Assembly: GCA_963933215.1 (NCBI GenBank)
Contig: CAWVSB010000014.1
Span: forward strand, 1,933-65,932
Length of the DNA stretch: 64,000 nucleotides
Source of the DNA: an uncultured Cellvibrionales bacterium
GTDB taxonomy: Bacteria; Pseudomonadota; Gammaproteobacteria; Pseudomonadales; CAWVSB01
Direction: 5' to 3'
The notes below the pieces were generated by a model. That model was not told where the DNA came from and ran no database searches. It saw nothing but the letters and a program-made list of their open reading frames with translations. The translations under genes were made by a program, and so were the position numbers. This document shows positions 19,990-30,060 of the stretch, piece by piece. Numbering within the stretch: position 1 is the stretch's first letter; each line of letters starts with the position of its first letter.

Positions 19990-21747
19990 ATGAACTATCG
20001 CGCAGCTGCTGCTACGGTCTTACTGATCATCTATTCATTTCACCTTAATGCACTCACTATTATTGATGAGCAAGGCCAAGCACTAGCGCGGGTTATGGTG
20101 ACCCAGACTGCTATGCCTGTTGGTGAAAGTGACCTATCTGATGGTGGCTATGCACCAGCTGGCGTTACTAATAATAGCGCAGTTGCCATTACCCGCTTTA
20201 CCAATATCGCCGGCCAAGTCAACTTTAATGACGTTGTTAACGAGGTGAAATATCGCGCCCGTGGACAGGGCTATGTAGACCAGTATTTTGTGGCATTGCC
20301 AGAAAAACTTACAATGAAAAAGATGAGTAAGCAGCAGTATATTGCTAGCTTTCCCTCTAACGTTTGGTTGTCGCAAATGAAATTTGAAGGCGACCAAGAG
20401 CTGAAAAAGATCTTTCAACTTAACTGCGCATTTTGCCATCAACAAGCATCACCGTTTATGCGTAATGAGCGCACCACAGAGCAATGGATTACCGTATTTG
20501 ATCGAATGAATACATTTGGTTCTCGCCTGCCAGAAGATGAGTTCGATCGAGTCGCCAACATCCTTCAAACTGAATATCGCTATTTACGTGAAAACTCTGA
20601 CACTGTGCCAGAACCGAAGCAATGGGAAGATCATTTATCAGCTGTGGAATTCACCGAATGGCCTATTGGCGACGGCTTTTCACAAATGCATGATTTTTTA
20701 CTGCATCCCAATGGCCTAATTTATGTGGGTGACAATCTACACGATAGAATTTATGAAATTAACCCGGAATCTGGCGATTATAGCGTATATAAAGTACCCC
20801 ATACCGATGACGACAGGCTGGGTGGCATCTTAGGTAACCGCTTTACCACCTTTCCGAAAATGGAAAACTATTACGGCGTTCATTCGTTTTCACTGTCGCC
20901 AAAAGACGGTAATATTTTTATAACGCCGTCAATGCAACAAGCGTTGCTAGAGTTTAACCCCAAGACTAAAGAATTTACCGTACACCGAATGGAAGAAGGC
21001 TACTATCCGCACACTATTCGAAGTGATGCTAATGATGATGTGTGGTTTACTTTGGCGCTGTCATCACAAGTTGCCAAATTCGACCGAATAACCGAAGAAT
21101 TTACCCTCTACGACTTACCCGCTCGAAACCTTAAGGAGTGGCTTATTATAAAGTCGCTACCGCTAGTATTTTGGTTTGATCCAGAAAATCGTCCTACGCC
21201 ATCTGGTGACAAAGAGGGCAACGGTCTACCAATGCCTTATGGAATAGATGTATCACCGGATGGCAGTATTTGGGTAACCCGATTATATGCCAACGACTTA
21301 GCACATATTGACCCAAAGACAGGCCAAGTGACTATGGTCGACTTCCCCTATAGCGGCCCACGTCGATTGCGAGTAGATGCTGCCAACAATGTTTGGATAG
21401 TCGCCTTCCAAGATTCATTGTTAGTCAAATATGAGCCTAAAACTCAGACATTTACTAAATTTGAGCTTCCCGTTGTTAATGAGATTCCTTATGCATTAAA
21501 TGTCGATCGGGCGCGCAATACTGTATGGGTTAATGGCAATCAGTCAGACACTATAATGGCATTTGACATAAGTAGTGAAAACTGGAAAACCTATCCCATG
21601 CCTCGCCAGCGTTTCTTCACCCGTGATATCGAAATCTCTGAAGAAGATGGCGCAATTTACACAACCAATTCACACTTCCCTACTTGGCAATCGGAAGGTG
21701 GTGTACCGACCTTGCTCAGAATTGAACCTATAGCAACAATGCAATAG
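19990..21747 (+). CDS. Exported c-type cytochrome fused to a virginiamycin-B-lyase-like beta-propeller
   Basis: Signal peptide; CAFCH heme motif; RTTEQWITVFDRM helix; propeller repeats YYPHTIRSD, PYGIDVSPDGSIW, GPRRLRVDAANNVW, PYALNVD. Confidence 0.75.
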   Translation: MNYRAAAATVLLIIYSFHLNALTIIDEQGQALARVMVTQTAMPVGESDLSDGGYAPAGVTNNSAVAITRFTNIAGQVNFNDVVNEVKYRARGQGYVDQYFVALPEKLTMKKMSKQQYIASFPSNVWLSQMKFEGDQELKKIFQLNCAFCHQQASPFMRNERTTEQWITVFDRMNTFGSRLPEDEFDRVANILQTEYRYLRENSDTVPEPKQWEDHLSAVEFTEWPIGDGFSQMHDFLLHPNGLIYVGDNLHDRIYEINPESGDYSVYKVPHTDDDRLGGILGNRFTTFPKMENYYGVHSFSLSPKDGNIFITPSMQQALLEFNPKTKEFTVHRMEEGYYPHTIRSDANDDVWFTLALSSQVAKFDRITEEFTLYDLPARNLKEWLIIKSLPLVFWFDPENRPTPSGDKEGNGLPMPYGIDVSPDGSIWVTRLYANDLAHIDPKTGQVTMVDFPYSGPRRLRVDAANNVWIVAFQDSLLVKYEPKTQTFTKFELPVVNEIPYALNVDRARNTVWVNGNQSDTIMAFDISSENWKTYPMPRQRFFTRDIEISEEDGAIYTTNSHFPTWQSEGGVPTLLRIEPIATMQ

Positions 21748-21759
21748 GGAAATCAGCTG

Positions 21760-22785
21760 ATGATAAAGATATTAATAGGCTTACTAGCAACTGTATTTAT
21801 GCAGCTATTTTTATTGCATAACGCAGCAGCAAATACTCGCTCGGTTGAAGCAGTTCAAGAAATTGGTATTGCAGTTAATAATATCCATAAAGCGACACGG
21901 CAATACCAGCAAATTATGGGTGTCAGTAAATGGGAGTATCAAGATTTATATAATGCAGACGGCGACAAAAAATACCCTTCGGTAAGACTTGCTAGAGCAC
22001 AGTTCGGTGATAAATGTATCGCCCTAATACAGCCTCTAGCAGGCTCATCACTGGTAAAAAGCCATTTAGAAAAACATGGCCCCAGTATTTTTCATATTGG
22101 CATAAAAGGTGAGAATGATGCGCTAGCAGCTTATCCATCACACTCGGTGACTGATGGCATAGGCGCCAAGGCAAAGTGGATTGACACCTATGCAGATTTT
22201 GGCGTCAACATATTTTCTTATGACCCCAACACCGCGCTCACAAGCTGGGGCTCTACAGGCAACAACAAAACACCAACAATAACTGACGATAATCAACTAT
22301 TTCAGTTAGGCATAGTCAGCCGTGATTTAGCTAAAACTGCCATGAGTTATTTTGAACAACTAGGCATTGGTCCTTGGCTGGTGGTCGACTTCAAAGGTGA
22401 ACATATTACTAACGCACAATATCTTGGCGCTAAAGGTGCTGTAAAACCTCACATCAAAGTTGCCTATGCCATGTGGGGCAACTTGCAACTTGAATTGTTA
22501 ATGCCCATTAGTGGCCCTAGCCCCCATCGAGACTTTTTAATTACTAGAGGCTTTGGCGCACATCATTTAAGTTATGGCCCAATTAAAAATCATGATGCAG
22601 TTGTCAGGGCGTTAACTGAAAAAGGCATTGCCATCCAAATGCAATCAGACAACGGTGGCGAAGGCAGAACAGCAACTTATATGGACACCCTAGACCAACT
22701 CGGTTTTGTGCTCGAACTTACCCGCCCGTTTAAGGGCGCTGGCACTCTGCCTATCGCCGGCACGATTCCAGCAAGGGTGCAATAG
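21760..22785 (+). CDS. Tandem VOC (glyoxalase/methylmalonyl-CoA epimerase-like) protein with N-terminal signal peptide
   Basis: QEIGIAV...HGPSIFHIG and QLGIV...LELLMP...GAHHL...LELT; hydrophobic leader ending in AAA. Confidence 0.75.
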   Translation: MIKILIGLLATVFMQLFLLHNAAANTRSVEAVQEIGIAVNNIHKATRQYQQIMGVSKWEYQDLYNADGDKKYPSVRLARAQFGDKCIALIQPLAGSSLVKSHLEKHGPSIFHIGIKGENDALAAYPSHSVTDGIGAKAKWIDTYADFGVNIFSYDPNTALTSWGSTGNNKTPTITDDNQLFQLGIVSRDLAKTAMSYFEQLGIGPWLVVDFKGEHITNAQYLGAKGAVKPHIKVAYAMWGNLQLELLMPISGPSPHRDFLITRGFGAHHLSYGPIKNHDAVVRALTEKGIAIQMQSDNGGEGRTATYMDTLDQLGFVLELTRPFKGAGTLPIAGTIPARVQ

Positions 22786-24689
22786 TGAAACTGTTAATCA
22801 CAACAGTTAGCGTCGTACTGACCATTATGACTAATCTTGTATTGGCTGACGATTGGACTTACTACGGCGGTGACCAAGGCGGTAAACATTATTCCAGCGC
22901 CAAACAAATAACCAAAACTAACGTAGAAAACTTAGACGTCGTCTGGGTATATCAGAGTGGCGATATGAAAAAATATGGCGAGGCAATGGCGCAGACCTCA
23001 ACTCAGGCCACGCCTATTTTACTGCCAGCTGCAGCCGGTGAATCCTTGGTATATTGCACGCCTTACAGCCGAGTAATAGCGCTAGACCCGGCCACTGGCG
23101 CCCAGCGCTGGGACTACGATCCTGAAATAAGTCTCGATGGCGACAGACCGTTTCGTTGCCGCGGCGTCAGCTATGCAGAAGACATCCAAATCGATATTGG
23201 AACCCACTGCCGCCACCAAATATACGTCGCTACTCACGACCGAACAATTCGCGCTATCGATTCACACACCGGTAAAGTTTGTGCAAGTTTTGGCAACAAC
23301 GGCATCGCCAACCTATACGGTAAAGAAGGTTTTCCAGCGGGGGATGTTAGCAATTCGGCCACTCCAGTTATTGCCAATAATATTTTGGTAACAGGCTCAT
23401 CAGTTATCGACTTTTCCAAATCAACTAGCCCCCGCGGCATTGTCACCGCTGTAGATACTCACAGCGGCGCAACCTTATGGACTTTTGATCCACTAATAGG
23501 AAATCAACAAAGTGGCAGCGCTAATGTGTGGTCACAGATGTCTGTCGATGCAGAAAATAATTTAGTCTTTTTGCCTACTAGTGCGCCTTCGCCTGACTAC
23601 TATGGCGCTGACCGCGTTGGTGATAATTTATATGCTAATAGCCTAGTAGCACTAGATTTAACCACCGGCAAAGTACAATGGTACTTTCAGCATGTGCGTC
23701 ATGACCTGTGGGATTACGACACCCCGGCCCAACCGATATTATTTGAATGGAAAAAAGAGGGTAAAACTATTCCTGCAGTTGCTCAGCTAACCAAGCAAGG
23801 TTTTGTGTTTGTCTTTAATCGCCTCACTGGCGAGTCGATGTGGGAGATTACCGAGCAACCGACACCGCCATCAATGATAGACGGTGAATTAACAGCTCGC
23901 TGGCAACCAAAACCCATCGCACCGCCGAGCTTGCTAAATAATTTTCTCACCGCAAACCAAGCTTGGGGCTTAACGCCAATAGATAAAGCTGACTGCGTTA
24001 GGCAAATTGAAGGGTTAAACAATCTTGGTTTATTTACTCCTATCAATGAAAACTTATCGATGATGTTTCCTGGTAGTTTAGGCGGCCCGAACTGGGGTGG
24101 CGGCGCTTACAATGAAGCCACTGGAATCCTGATTACCAACGTTAACAATGTACCCTTTACCGGCAAATTAATCCCGACCGTTGCTGGCAGCGAAGCGACC
24201 AAGTCGGACCACCCTGCCGCCGGCCACCGCATGCAAGTGACTATGCACGGTACGCCATACACGATAGAAATAGGCAGCTTGCAGTCTTTTCTTGGCATCC
24301 CCTGCAATAAGCCACCCTGGGGTAAATTAGTTGCGGTAGATCTAATCAATGGCGTTATCAATTGGGAGGCACCGCTTGGCTCGGTGCATGAAATGGGGCC
24401 TGTAACCGCGCCATTTCAAATTAACTGGGGCACGCCTAACTTAGGTGGCGGCATCGCCACGGCTGGCGATTTATTTTTTATCGGCGCTACTATGGACCGG
24501 AAAATACGCGCCTTTGATGTTAACAGCGGCACAGTCTTATGGGATTACACACTGCCAAACGATGCCACTGCAACGCCCATGACCTACACCTTTAAAGGTC
24601 GCCAATATGTGGTTATTAACGCTGGCGGTCACCATATGTATAACCGTGGCTATGGCGATTATCTGTACGCCTTCGCACTCCCTGAGTAA
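22785..24689 (+). CDS. PQQ-dependent dehydrogenase (glucose/quinate/shikimate-like family), soluble exported form
   Basis: DWTYYGG, CRGVSY, HDLWDYD, GGPNWGG, PCNKPPWG, ATPMTY, GRQYVVINAGGH; VLA signal cleavage site; GTG start overlaps the previous stop. Confidence 0.88.
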   Translation: MKLLITTVSVVLTIMTNLVLADDWTYYGGDQGGKHYSSAKQITKTNVENLDVVWVYQSGDMKKYGEAMAQTSTQATPILLPAAAGESLVYCTPYSRVIALDPATGAQRWDYDPEISLDGDRPFRCRGVSYAEDIQIDIGTHCRHQIYVATHDRTIRAIDSHTGKVCASFGNNGIANLYGKEGFPAGDVSNSATPVIANNILVTGSSVIDFSKSTSPRGIVTAVDTHSGATLWTFDPLIGNQQSGSANVWSQMSVDAENNLVFLPTSAPSPDYYGADRVGDNLYANSLVALDLTTGKVQWYFQHVRHDLWDYDTPAQPILFEWKKEGKTIPAVAQLTKQGFVFVFNRLTGESMWEITEQPTPPSMIDGELTARWQPKPIAPPSLLNNFLTANQAWGLTPIDKADCVRQIEGLNNLGLFTPINENLSMMFPGSLGGPNWGGGAYNEATGILITNVNNVPFTGKLIPTVAGSEATKSDHPAAGHRMQVTMHGTPYTIEIGSLQSFLGIPCNKPPWGKLVAVDLINGVINWEAPLGSVHEMGPVTAPFQINWGTPNLGGGIATAGDLFFIGATMDRKIRAFDVNSGTVLWDYTLPNDATATPMTYTFKGRQYVVINAGGHHMYNRGYGDYLYAFALPE

Positions 24690-24700
24690 AATTATAAATC

Positions 24701-26653
24701 ATGAAAAAGCTCGTTATTTTTATTGTCTTGATTGGTATTACCGCTTTGGTAATCAGCACAGAACGCCTGCCAGTGAAACAATGGTTGATGACTAATGGAG
24801 AAAATTTAGCCATAGAATATGCCGATGTTTTACCGCTAGACTTTATCGGTGAAAAACTATTCGACAAAAATTGTGCCCAATGCCATGACAATCCGGCAAT
24901 GAAGGCACCTACTCGTGAAGCATTATCACGTAACTCTATAGAAAGCATAATGATCGCCCTAGAATTTGGCAAAATGCAGCCCATGGCGACACATTTAAGC
25001 AAGCAAGAGCGTGGCTTAATCGCTAAATATTTGGCCAGCAAAGACACTGCTAGCTATCAGTGGCTAGAAACAAATAGTTGTACTCAGGCCACATCCACTG
25101 AGTCAACTCAATGGGTTAGCAATTGGGGCCTGGGTATTGATAATAAGCGTCACATACCTGATGGACTAAGCAAAATCAACAGAGCTAATGTAGGTAGCCT
25201 AAGCCTGCAGTGGAGCATCGCTTTTCCTAAGGTAACCGACATGCGTTCGCAGCCGGTTATTATCGGCGACACCATGTATATAGGTGACAAAGCCGGCAAA
25301 CTTTATGCGCTGGATAGAAAAACTGGCTGCGTTCGCAATCACACTAAAATTTTCAGTGGTATTCGCTCATCAATAACTCTGGCTACATTAGCTAGTGGCA
25401 GACAATTGCTTATATTTGCCAACAATTTGGCAACTGTATTTGCGGTTGACCCTGATAGCTTTAAAGTTGTTTGGCAGCAACCAGTAAAAATCAGCGACTA
25501 CTCAGTTGTAACCGGTTCAATCAGTTATTTTGACGACAAATTATTTGTACCAATTTCTTCCTTTGAGGTAGCTGCATCAGGTAGCCCTGAACATGAATGC
25601 TGTACTTCACATGGGGCGGTTGTATCACTGAATGCTAATAATGGTGATGAGCGCTGGATTTGGCATGCGACAGAAGATGCAACCCGGCAAGCCAATAACG
25701 CCAACGGCGCGGTTGTTTACGGCCCCTCTGGCGCAGCAGTATGGACTACCCCAGCAATAGATCTAAAACGTAATCGAATTTACTTTGGTACCGCCGAAAA
25801 TTTAACCCACCCGGCCACCAATACCAGTGACACTATTGTGGCTCTTGATCTTGATAGCGGCGCAGAAGCATGGAAGTTTCAAGCGATTGCCGCTGACGTA
25901 TGGAATGCTGCTTGCCACAATGATGGCCCTAACTGCCCGGAAAACCCCGGTGGTGATTTTGATTTTGGGGCGTCGGTTATCATCACCCAAAATTCAGCGG
26001 GGCAAGACGTACTTCTCGCGGGTCAAAAATCTGGCGAGGTATTTGCCCTTAACCCAGACACCCAAAACCCAAAAGGTGAAGTATTGTGGCGCAATCGCAT
26101 CAGTCAAGGCACAACCAATGGTGGCATTCATTGGGGAATGACAGTTGCCGGTAACACTGTATTTGTGCCAATGGCAGATCCAGAAAGAGAACGTGACGGC
26201 TACACTCCCAAACCAGGCTTATATGCATTGAGTATTGATTCTGGTGAGATTATTTGGCAACAGCCAGTCAAGCGTGGCTGCGATTTTGACTACGCTAACA
26301 CCCCTCTTATCGGCTTAGAACATACCCGTGCGCCCAAACCAACTAACCCTGAAGCGCAATATGAATGTTCTTTCTACTATGGTTTATCAGCGGCTGCGAC
26401 TTCAACTTCGCAGTTGATATTCACCGCTGGTTTAGATGGCAAGATTCGAGCATATAACAATGCCAATGGTGAAGTGTTATGGCAAACCAATACCGCTGTC
26501 GAGCATAAAACAGTCAATGGTATTGCAGGGCATGGTGGCGCTATCGATGTTGCGGGGCAATCGATTGCTGGGGAATGGCTCTATGTATTATCTGGCTATA
26601 GCATGTTTGGGCAATTGCCAGGCAATGTGCTACTGGCGTATAAAATTGACTAA
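24701..26653 (+). CDS. Quinohemoprotein resembling polyvinyl-alcohol dehydrogenase (cytochrome c + PQQ propeller)
   Basis: CAQCH heme motif and MQPM; vicinal ECCTSHG, GAAVWTTPAID, DFDFGAS, AGQKSG, GGIHWG, PGNVLLAY. Confidence 0.85.
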   Translation: MKKLVIFIVLIGITALVISTERLPVKQWLMTNGENLAIEYADVLPLDFIGEKLFDKNCAQCHDNPAMKAPTREALSRNSIESIMIALEFGKMQPMATHLSKQERGLIAKYLASKDTASYQWLETNSCTQATSTESTQWVSNWGLGIDNKRHIPDGLSKINRANVGSLSLQWSIAFPKVTDMRSQPVIIGDTMYIGDKAGKLYALDRKTGCVRNHTKIFSGIRSSITLATLASGRQLLIFANNLATVFAVDPDSFKVVWQQPVKISDYSVVTGSISYFDDKLFVPISSFEVAASGSPEHECCTSHGAVVSLNANNGDERWIWHATEDATRQANNANGAVVYGPSGAAVWTTPAIDLKRNRIYFGTAENLTHPATNTSDTIVALDLDSGAEAWKFQAIAADVWNAACHNDGPNCPENPGGDFDFGASVIITQNSAGQDVLLAGQKSGEVFALNPDTQNPKGEVLWRNRISQGTTNGGIHWGMTVAGNTVFVPMADPERERDGYTPKPGLYALSIDSGEIIWQQPVKRGCDFDYANTPLIGLEHTRAPKPTNPEAQYECSFYYGLSAAATSTSQLIFTAGLDGKIRAYNNANGEVLWQTNTAVEHKTVNGIAGHGGAIDVAGQSIAGEWLYVLSGYSMFGQLPGNVLLAYKID

Positions 26654-26709
26654 TAACTGTCGATAAGCTTTGTTAGATTGGGTTTCGCTATTGGGTGTTA
26701 AAAAATCGA

Positions 26710-27948
26710 CTAGATAGACCAATAGCCTGATGTGTTATTTTGATAACCAAGACTTAGATAAGCAGCGTCCACTAAACTTTGCCCTCTGTGATTGAGTAAC
26801 ACCCCAGGCCCCATTAAATTCATTGTGTAAGCAAACGCTAGCTTATTATCAGGGTCGGCAAATACAGTGCTACCCCCTGCCCCAACATGTCCAAAAGCCC
26901 GATCGCCGATAATAAAGCTATCAGTATTGCCAGCCTTGCAAGCGCGATTATCCATAGACTTCATAAATCCGAGCGCAAACCTAGTAGGTACTAATAAAGT
27001 AGCGTCAAGCATGGTCGCCGTTGAGACTGTACTCATGCGCTGAATCGACTGCTGCGAAAAATATTGTCTATCACCGACTACTCCACCATTAGCTAGCGGT
27101 GAAAACAACTTTGCCATTGCCCGTGCATTTGATACTCCACCCGCACCGCCTATTTCAGCACGCAATGTGGCAGCACTATTAGCATTGTTGCCGCCAGAAT
27201 TTGATAACGCTAAATGAGAAATAGAAGTTGGGTCGTTGATAATAGCAGTCATGAAATCGGACATAGGCTGGGACTGATCGATTGGCCCCATGGCAACTGG
27301 CGCAACCCTATTAGCCTTATCTTCAGGCAAGCCTATCCAAAAGTCAGCCTGCAATGGCTGCGCCAACTCCTGATCAAAAAACTGTCCTAAAGACATACCT
27401 GATACTCGCCGAATTAACTCACCGACAGTCCAACCAAAGCTAATCAAGTGATAGCCAGTGCGTGTCCCTGGCAGCCAAAATGGTTCTTCTTGCTCAAGAC
27501 GTTTAACCATATAGTCCCAATCATCATAGCCGTCCGGTTTTATCGGCTGTCTAAATGCTGGTAACGCTGAAGAATGATTGAGCATCATTTCAACGGTAAT
27601 CTTATCTTTACCATGTTGTGCAAACTCAGGCCAATAAGTAGCAACCGGCTCTTTGAGCTTTAACTGTCCGCGCTCAATAAGTAAATGGGCACATAGGGCA
27701 GTCATTGCTTTAGTACAAGAAAACACTACTGCCACGGTATCTTCTTGCCAGCGCTGGATTTTCTCAACTGAGCTAAAACCGCCCCATAAATCAACAACGG
27801 TCTGCTCGCCTATGCGCACACAACAGCTTGCACCCAGTTCATTACGCAAAGAGAAATTTTGGATAAAAGAGTCTGCAACTGCTTGAAACTCAGGCTCTAC
27901 GAAGCCACTAATATGAGCGCCTGCCACTTCTTCATAAATTTTTTTCAT
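26710..27948 (-). CDS. Serine hydrolase, beta-lactamase-like (family VIII / EstA-type esterase)
   Basis: FSCTK (SxxK), PGTRTGYH, FGHVGAGGS. Confidence 0.9.
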   Translation of the reverse strand: MKKIYEEVAGAHISGFVEPEFQAVADSFIQNFSLRNELGASCCVRIGEQTVVDLWGGFSSVEKIQRWQEDTVAVVFSCTKAMTALCAHLLIERGQLKLKEPVATYWPEFAQHGKDKITVEMMLNHSSALPAFRQPIKPDGYDDWDYMVKRLEQEEPFWLPGTRTGYHLISFGWTVGELIRRVSGMSLGQFFDQELAQPLQADFWIGLPEDKANRVAPVAMGPIDQSQPMSDFMTAIINDPTSISHLALSNSGGNNANSAATLRAEIGGAGGVSNARAMAKLFSPLANGGVVGDRQYFSQQSIQRMSTVSTATMLDATLLVPTRFALGFMKSMDNRACKAGNTDSFIIGDRAFGHVGAGGSTVFADPDNKLAFAYTMNLMGPGVLLNHRGQSLVDAAYLSLGYQNNTSGYWSI

Positions 27949-27984
27949 AGGGTAGTAAAACTCGAATAAAATAATAACAAATGA

Positions 27985-30060
27985 CTAAACCTTTGCTTTG
28001 GTTTTGAGAAACTCTGTTAATTGAGTTATAGACATAGGGCTGCCATAGAGGAAGCCCTGCACTGAGTCACAGCCGCAGGCTTTGACAAAATCATTCTGGG
28101 CTTGGGTTTCAACACCTTCAGCAACCACCTTAAGCTTCAGACCATGTCCCATCCGTACAATCGTCTCTACCAAAGTATCGTCATTACTGCTGATGCCAAT
28201 ATCCATAATAAACGACTGATCTATTTTTAACGTATTTAACGGCAGCTCTTTGAGTCGCGATAAAGACGAGTAAGCTTTACCAAAGTCATCAATCGAAATC
28301 TCTACACCCAACTCTCTCACCGAATTTAACACTTTCTCTAAACCTAAAGATTCGGCGCCAAATAATGTCTCTGAGACCTCTAACTCCAAGCGGTTTGCAG
28401 GTAACCCTGAATCATCCAAAATAGTGCCAATAGTTTTGGCTAAGTCTTCTCTCACAAATTGTCCAGGTGATAAATTAACAGATAAACCTAAACATTCAGC
28501 GCTCTCGCCAGACAAAGCCATCACATCAGCACAGGCAACTCCCATCACCCACTCATCAATCATTGGTGTTAAGCCACACTCATCGGCAACAGGAATAAAC
28601 TCACTAGGTAAAATTTCTCCTTCGTCAATATCAAACCAACGCACTAACGCCTCAACGCCTTCGACTGCAAGGGTATGGACGTTTACCCGCGGCTGATAAT
28701 AGACTTCGAACTTTATGTGTAGCAAAGCATGGCGTAGCTTAGTTTCCAAGCTTAATCGCCGTACTGCTTTTTCGTTTAAATCGGGACTGAAAAACGAATA
28801 TTGATTACGTCCCAAGTCTTTGGAAAGATACATTGCCGTGTCAGCATTTTTTACAATTTCGTCGGCCGTATCGCCATCTTTAGGAAAAATACTTATGCCA
28901 ATGCTGGTAGTAATATGCAAACCATAGCCCGCGACAGTAAACGGCTGATCGATTTCTTCGATAAGCTTTTCCGCTTGCTGAACAATATATTCATCTGATT
29001 CAGGATCGACAATCAGTAGTGCGAACTCATCGCCTCCTAAGCGGGTTAAAAGGTCGTTGCCAGAAACTGAGCGGGCGAATCTTTTGCCAACCTGTTGCAG
29101 CAGTTTATCACCGACAATATGACCAAGCGTGTCATTAATAACTTTAAATCTGTCTAGATCAAGAAATAGTACGGCTAACTTCCCGCCAGACATTTCAAGC
29201 TGCTCTAAACTGTAGGCCAGCTGCTGATCGAAAGTAGTACGATTAGCTAAGCCTGTTAGCCCATCAAAAAAAACCTGATATTCAAGCTGCTTAGTTAGCT
29301 CAGTCAATTCGATGGTGCGTTCAGTAACTTTTTCTTCTAGCTCTTCAGTTGCTTGCTGGAGCTTTATATCTCGTAACTGAACTTCTCCGACCATGTCATT
29401 GAAATCATCAACTAATAATCCAATTTCATCGTTTGATGTTTTATCAGCACGTAAATAATAATTTTGACTGCTAGTAATATTGCGTGCGGTATTTGCAAGT
29501 TTGATAATTGGTGTCGTAACGACCCTCTGTAAAAAATTAGAAAGCAGAGCAACTATTAGTAATGCCAACAAAAACAGTCCGGATGCTGTTAACAACCTTG
29601 CGGGCAAATCGACTCGCCATTGATTTAACTCGGAGACAGCTACTATCTGACCGACTTTTTCTCCATCAAATAAAATAGGTAAAGAGACATAAATTAAATC
29701 ACCAAAATCACCGCTAATAAACTTTGGTAAAAATATATCAAAATCGCTGTCACTGCGCTTAAACATGGCAAATAGATTGTTATTTACGTCATATAAAGCA
29801 GCCGCCACAATATCATACTCACTCTTTAAGCTAGACAAAGTGTTTTCACCTGCTTCAACATCATTAAACATCAGAGCAGCAACCGAGTTCGCACCAACAA
29901 TTCTACTTTGAACCTCCAACCGCTGAAAAGCTAAGTCGCGCGACCGATACCAATCATTAACTAAATAACCGAACGTTGACAGCAGTAAAGCAATACCGCT
30001 GCACAATACCATTACGATCATTAAGGTGCGGCGAATAGATGGCGGATTTGAATGGCTCAT
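27985..30060 (-). CDS. Membrane sensor-HAMP-GGDEF-EAL protein (diguanylate cyclase/phosphodiesterase)
   Basis: Two TM helices around a periplasmic domain, HAMP (DEIGLLVDDFN), RLGGDEF, EALVRW, IDDFG, LKIDQSF, AEGVE, QGF. Confidence 0.93.
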   Translation of the reverse strand: MSHSNPPSIRRTLMIVMVLCSGIALLLSTFGYLVNDWYRSRDLAFQRLEVQSRIVGANSVAALMFNDVEAGENTLSSLKSEYDIVAAALYDVNNNLFAMFKRSDSDFDIFLPKFISGDFGDLIYVSLPILFDGEKVGQIVAVSELNQWRVDLPARLLTASGLFLLALLIVALLSNFLQRVVTTPIIKLANTARNITSSQNYYLRADKTSNDEIGLLVDDFNDMVGEVQLRDIKLQQATEELEEKVTERTIELTELTKQLEYQVFFDGLTGLANRTTFDQQLAYSLEQLEMSGGKLAVLFLDLDRFKVINDTLGHIVGDKLLQQVGKRFARSVSGNDLLTRLGGDEFALLIVDPESDEYIVQQAEKLIEEIDQPFTVAGYGLHITTSIGISIFPKDGDTADEIVKNADTAMYLSKDLGRNQYSFFSPDLNEKAVRRLSLETKLRHALLHIKFEVYYQPRVNVHTLAVEGVEALVRWFDIDEGEILPSEFIPVADECGLTPMIDEWVMGVACADVMALSGESAECLGLSVNLSPGQFVREDLAKTIGTILDDSGLPANRLELEVSETLFGAESLGLEKVLNSVRELGVEISIDDFGKAYSSLSRLKELPLNTLKIDQSFIMDIGISSNDDTLVETIVRMGHGLKLKVVAEGVETQAQNDFVKACGCDSVQGFLYGSPMSITQLTEFLKTKAKV

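Noticed and set aside
26710-27948. Possible beta-lactamase resistance gene
   Set aside because: No signal peptide; FGHxGAGG and GYH motifs fit cytoplasmic family VIII esterases.
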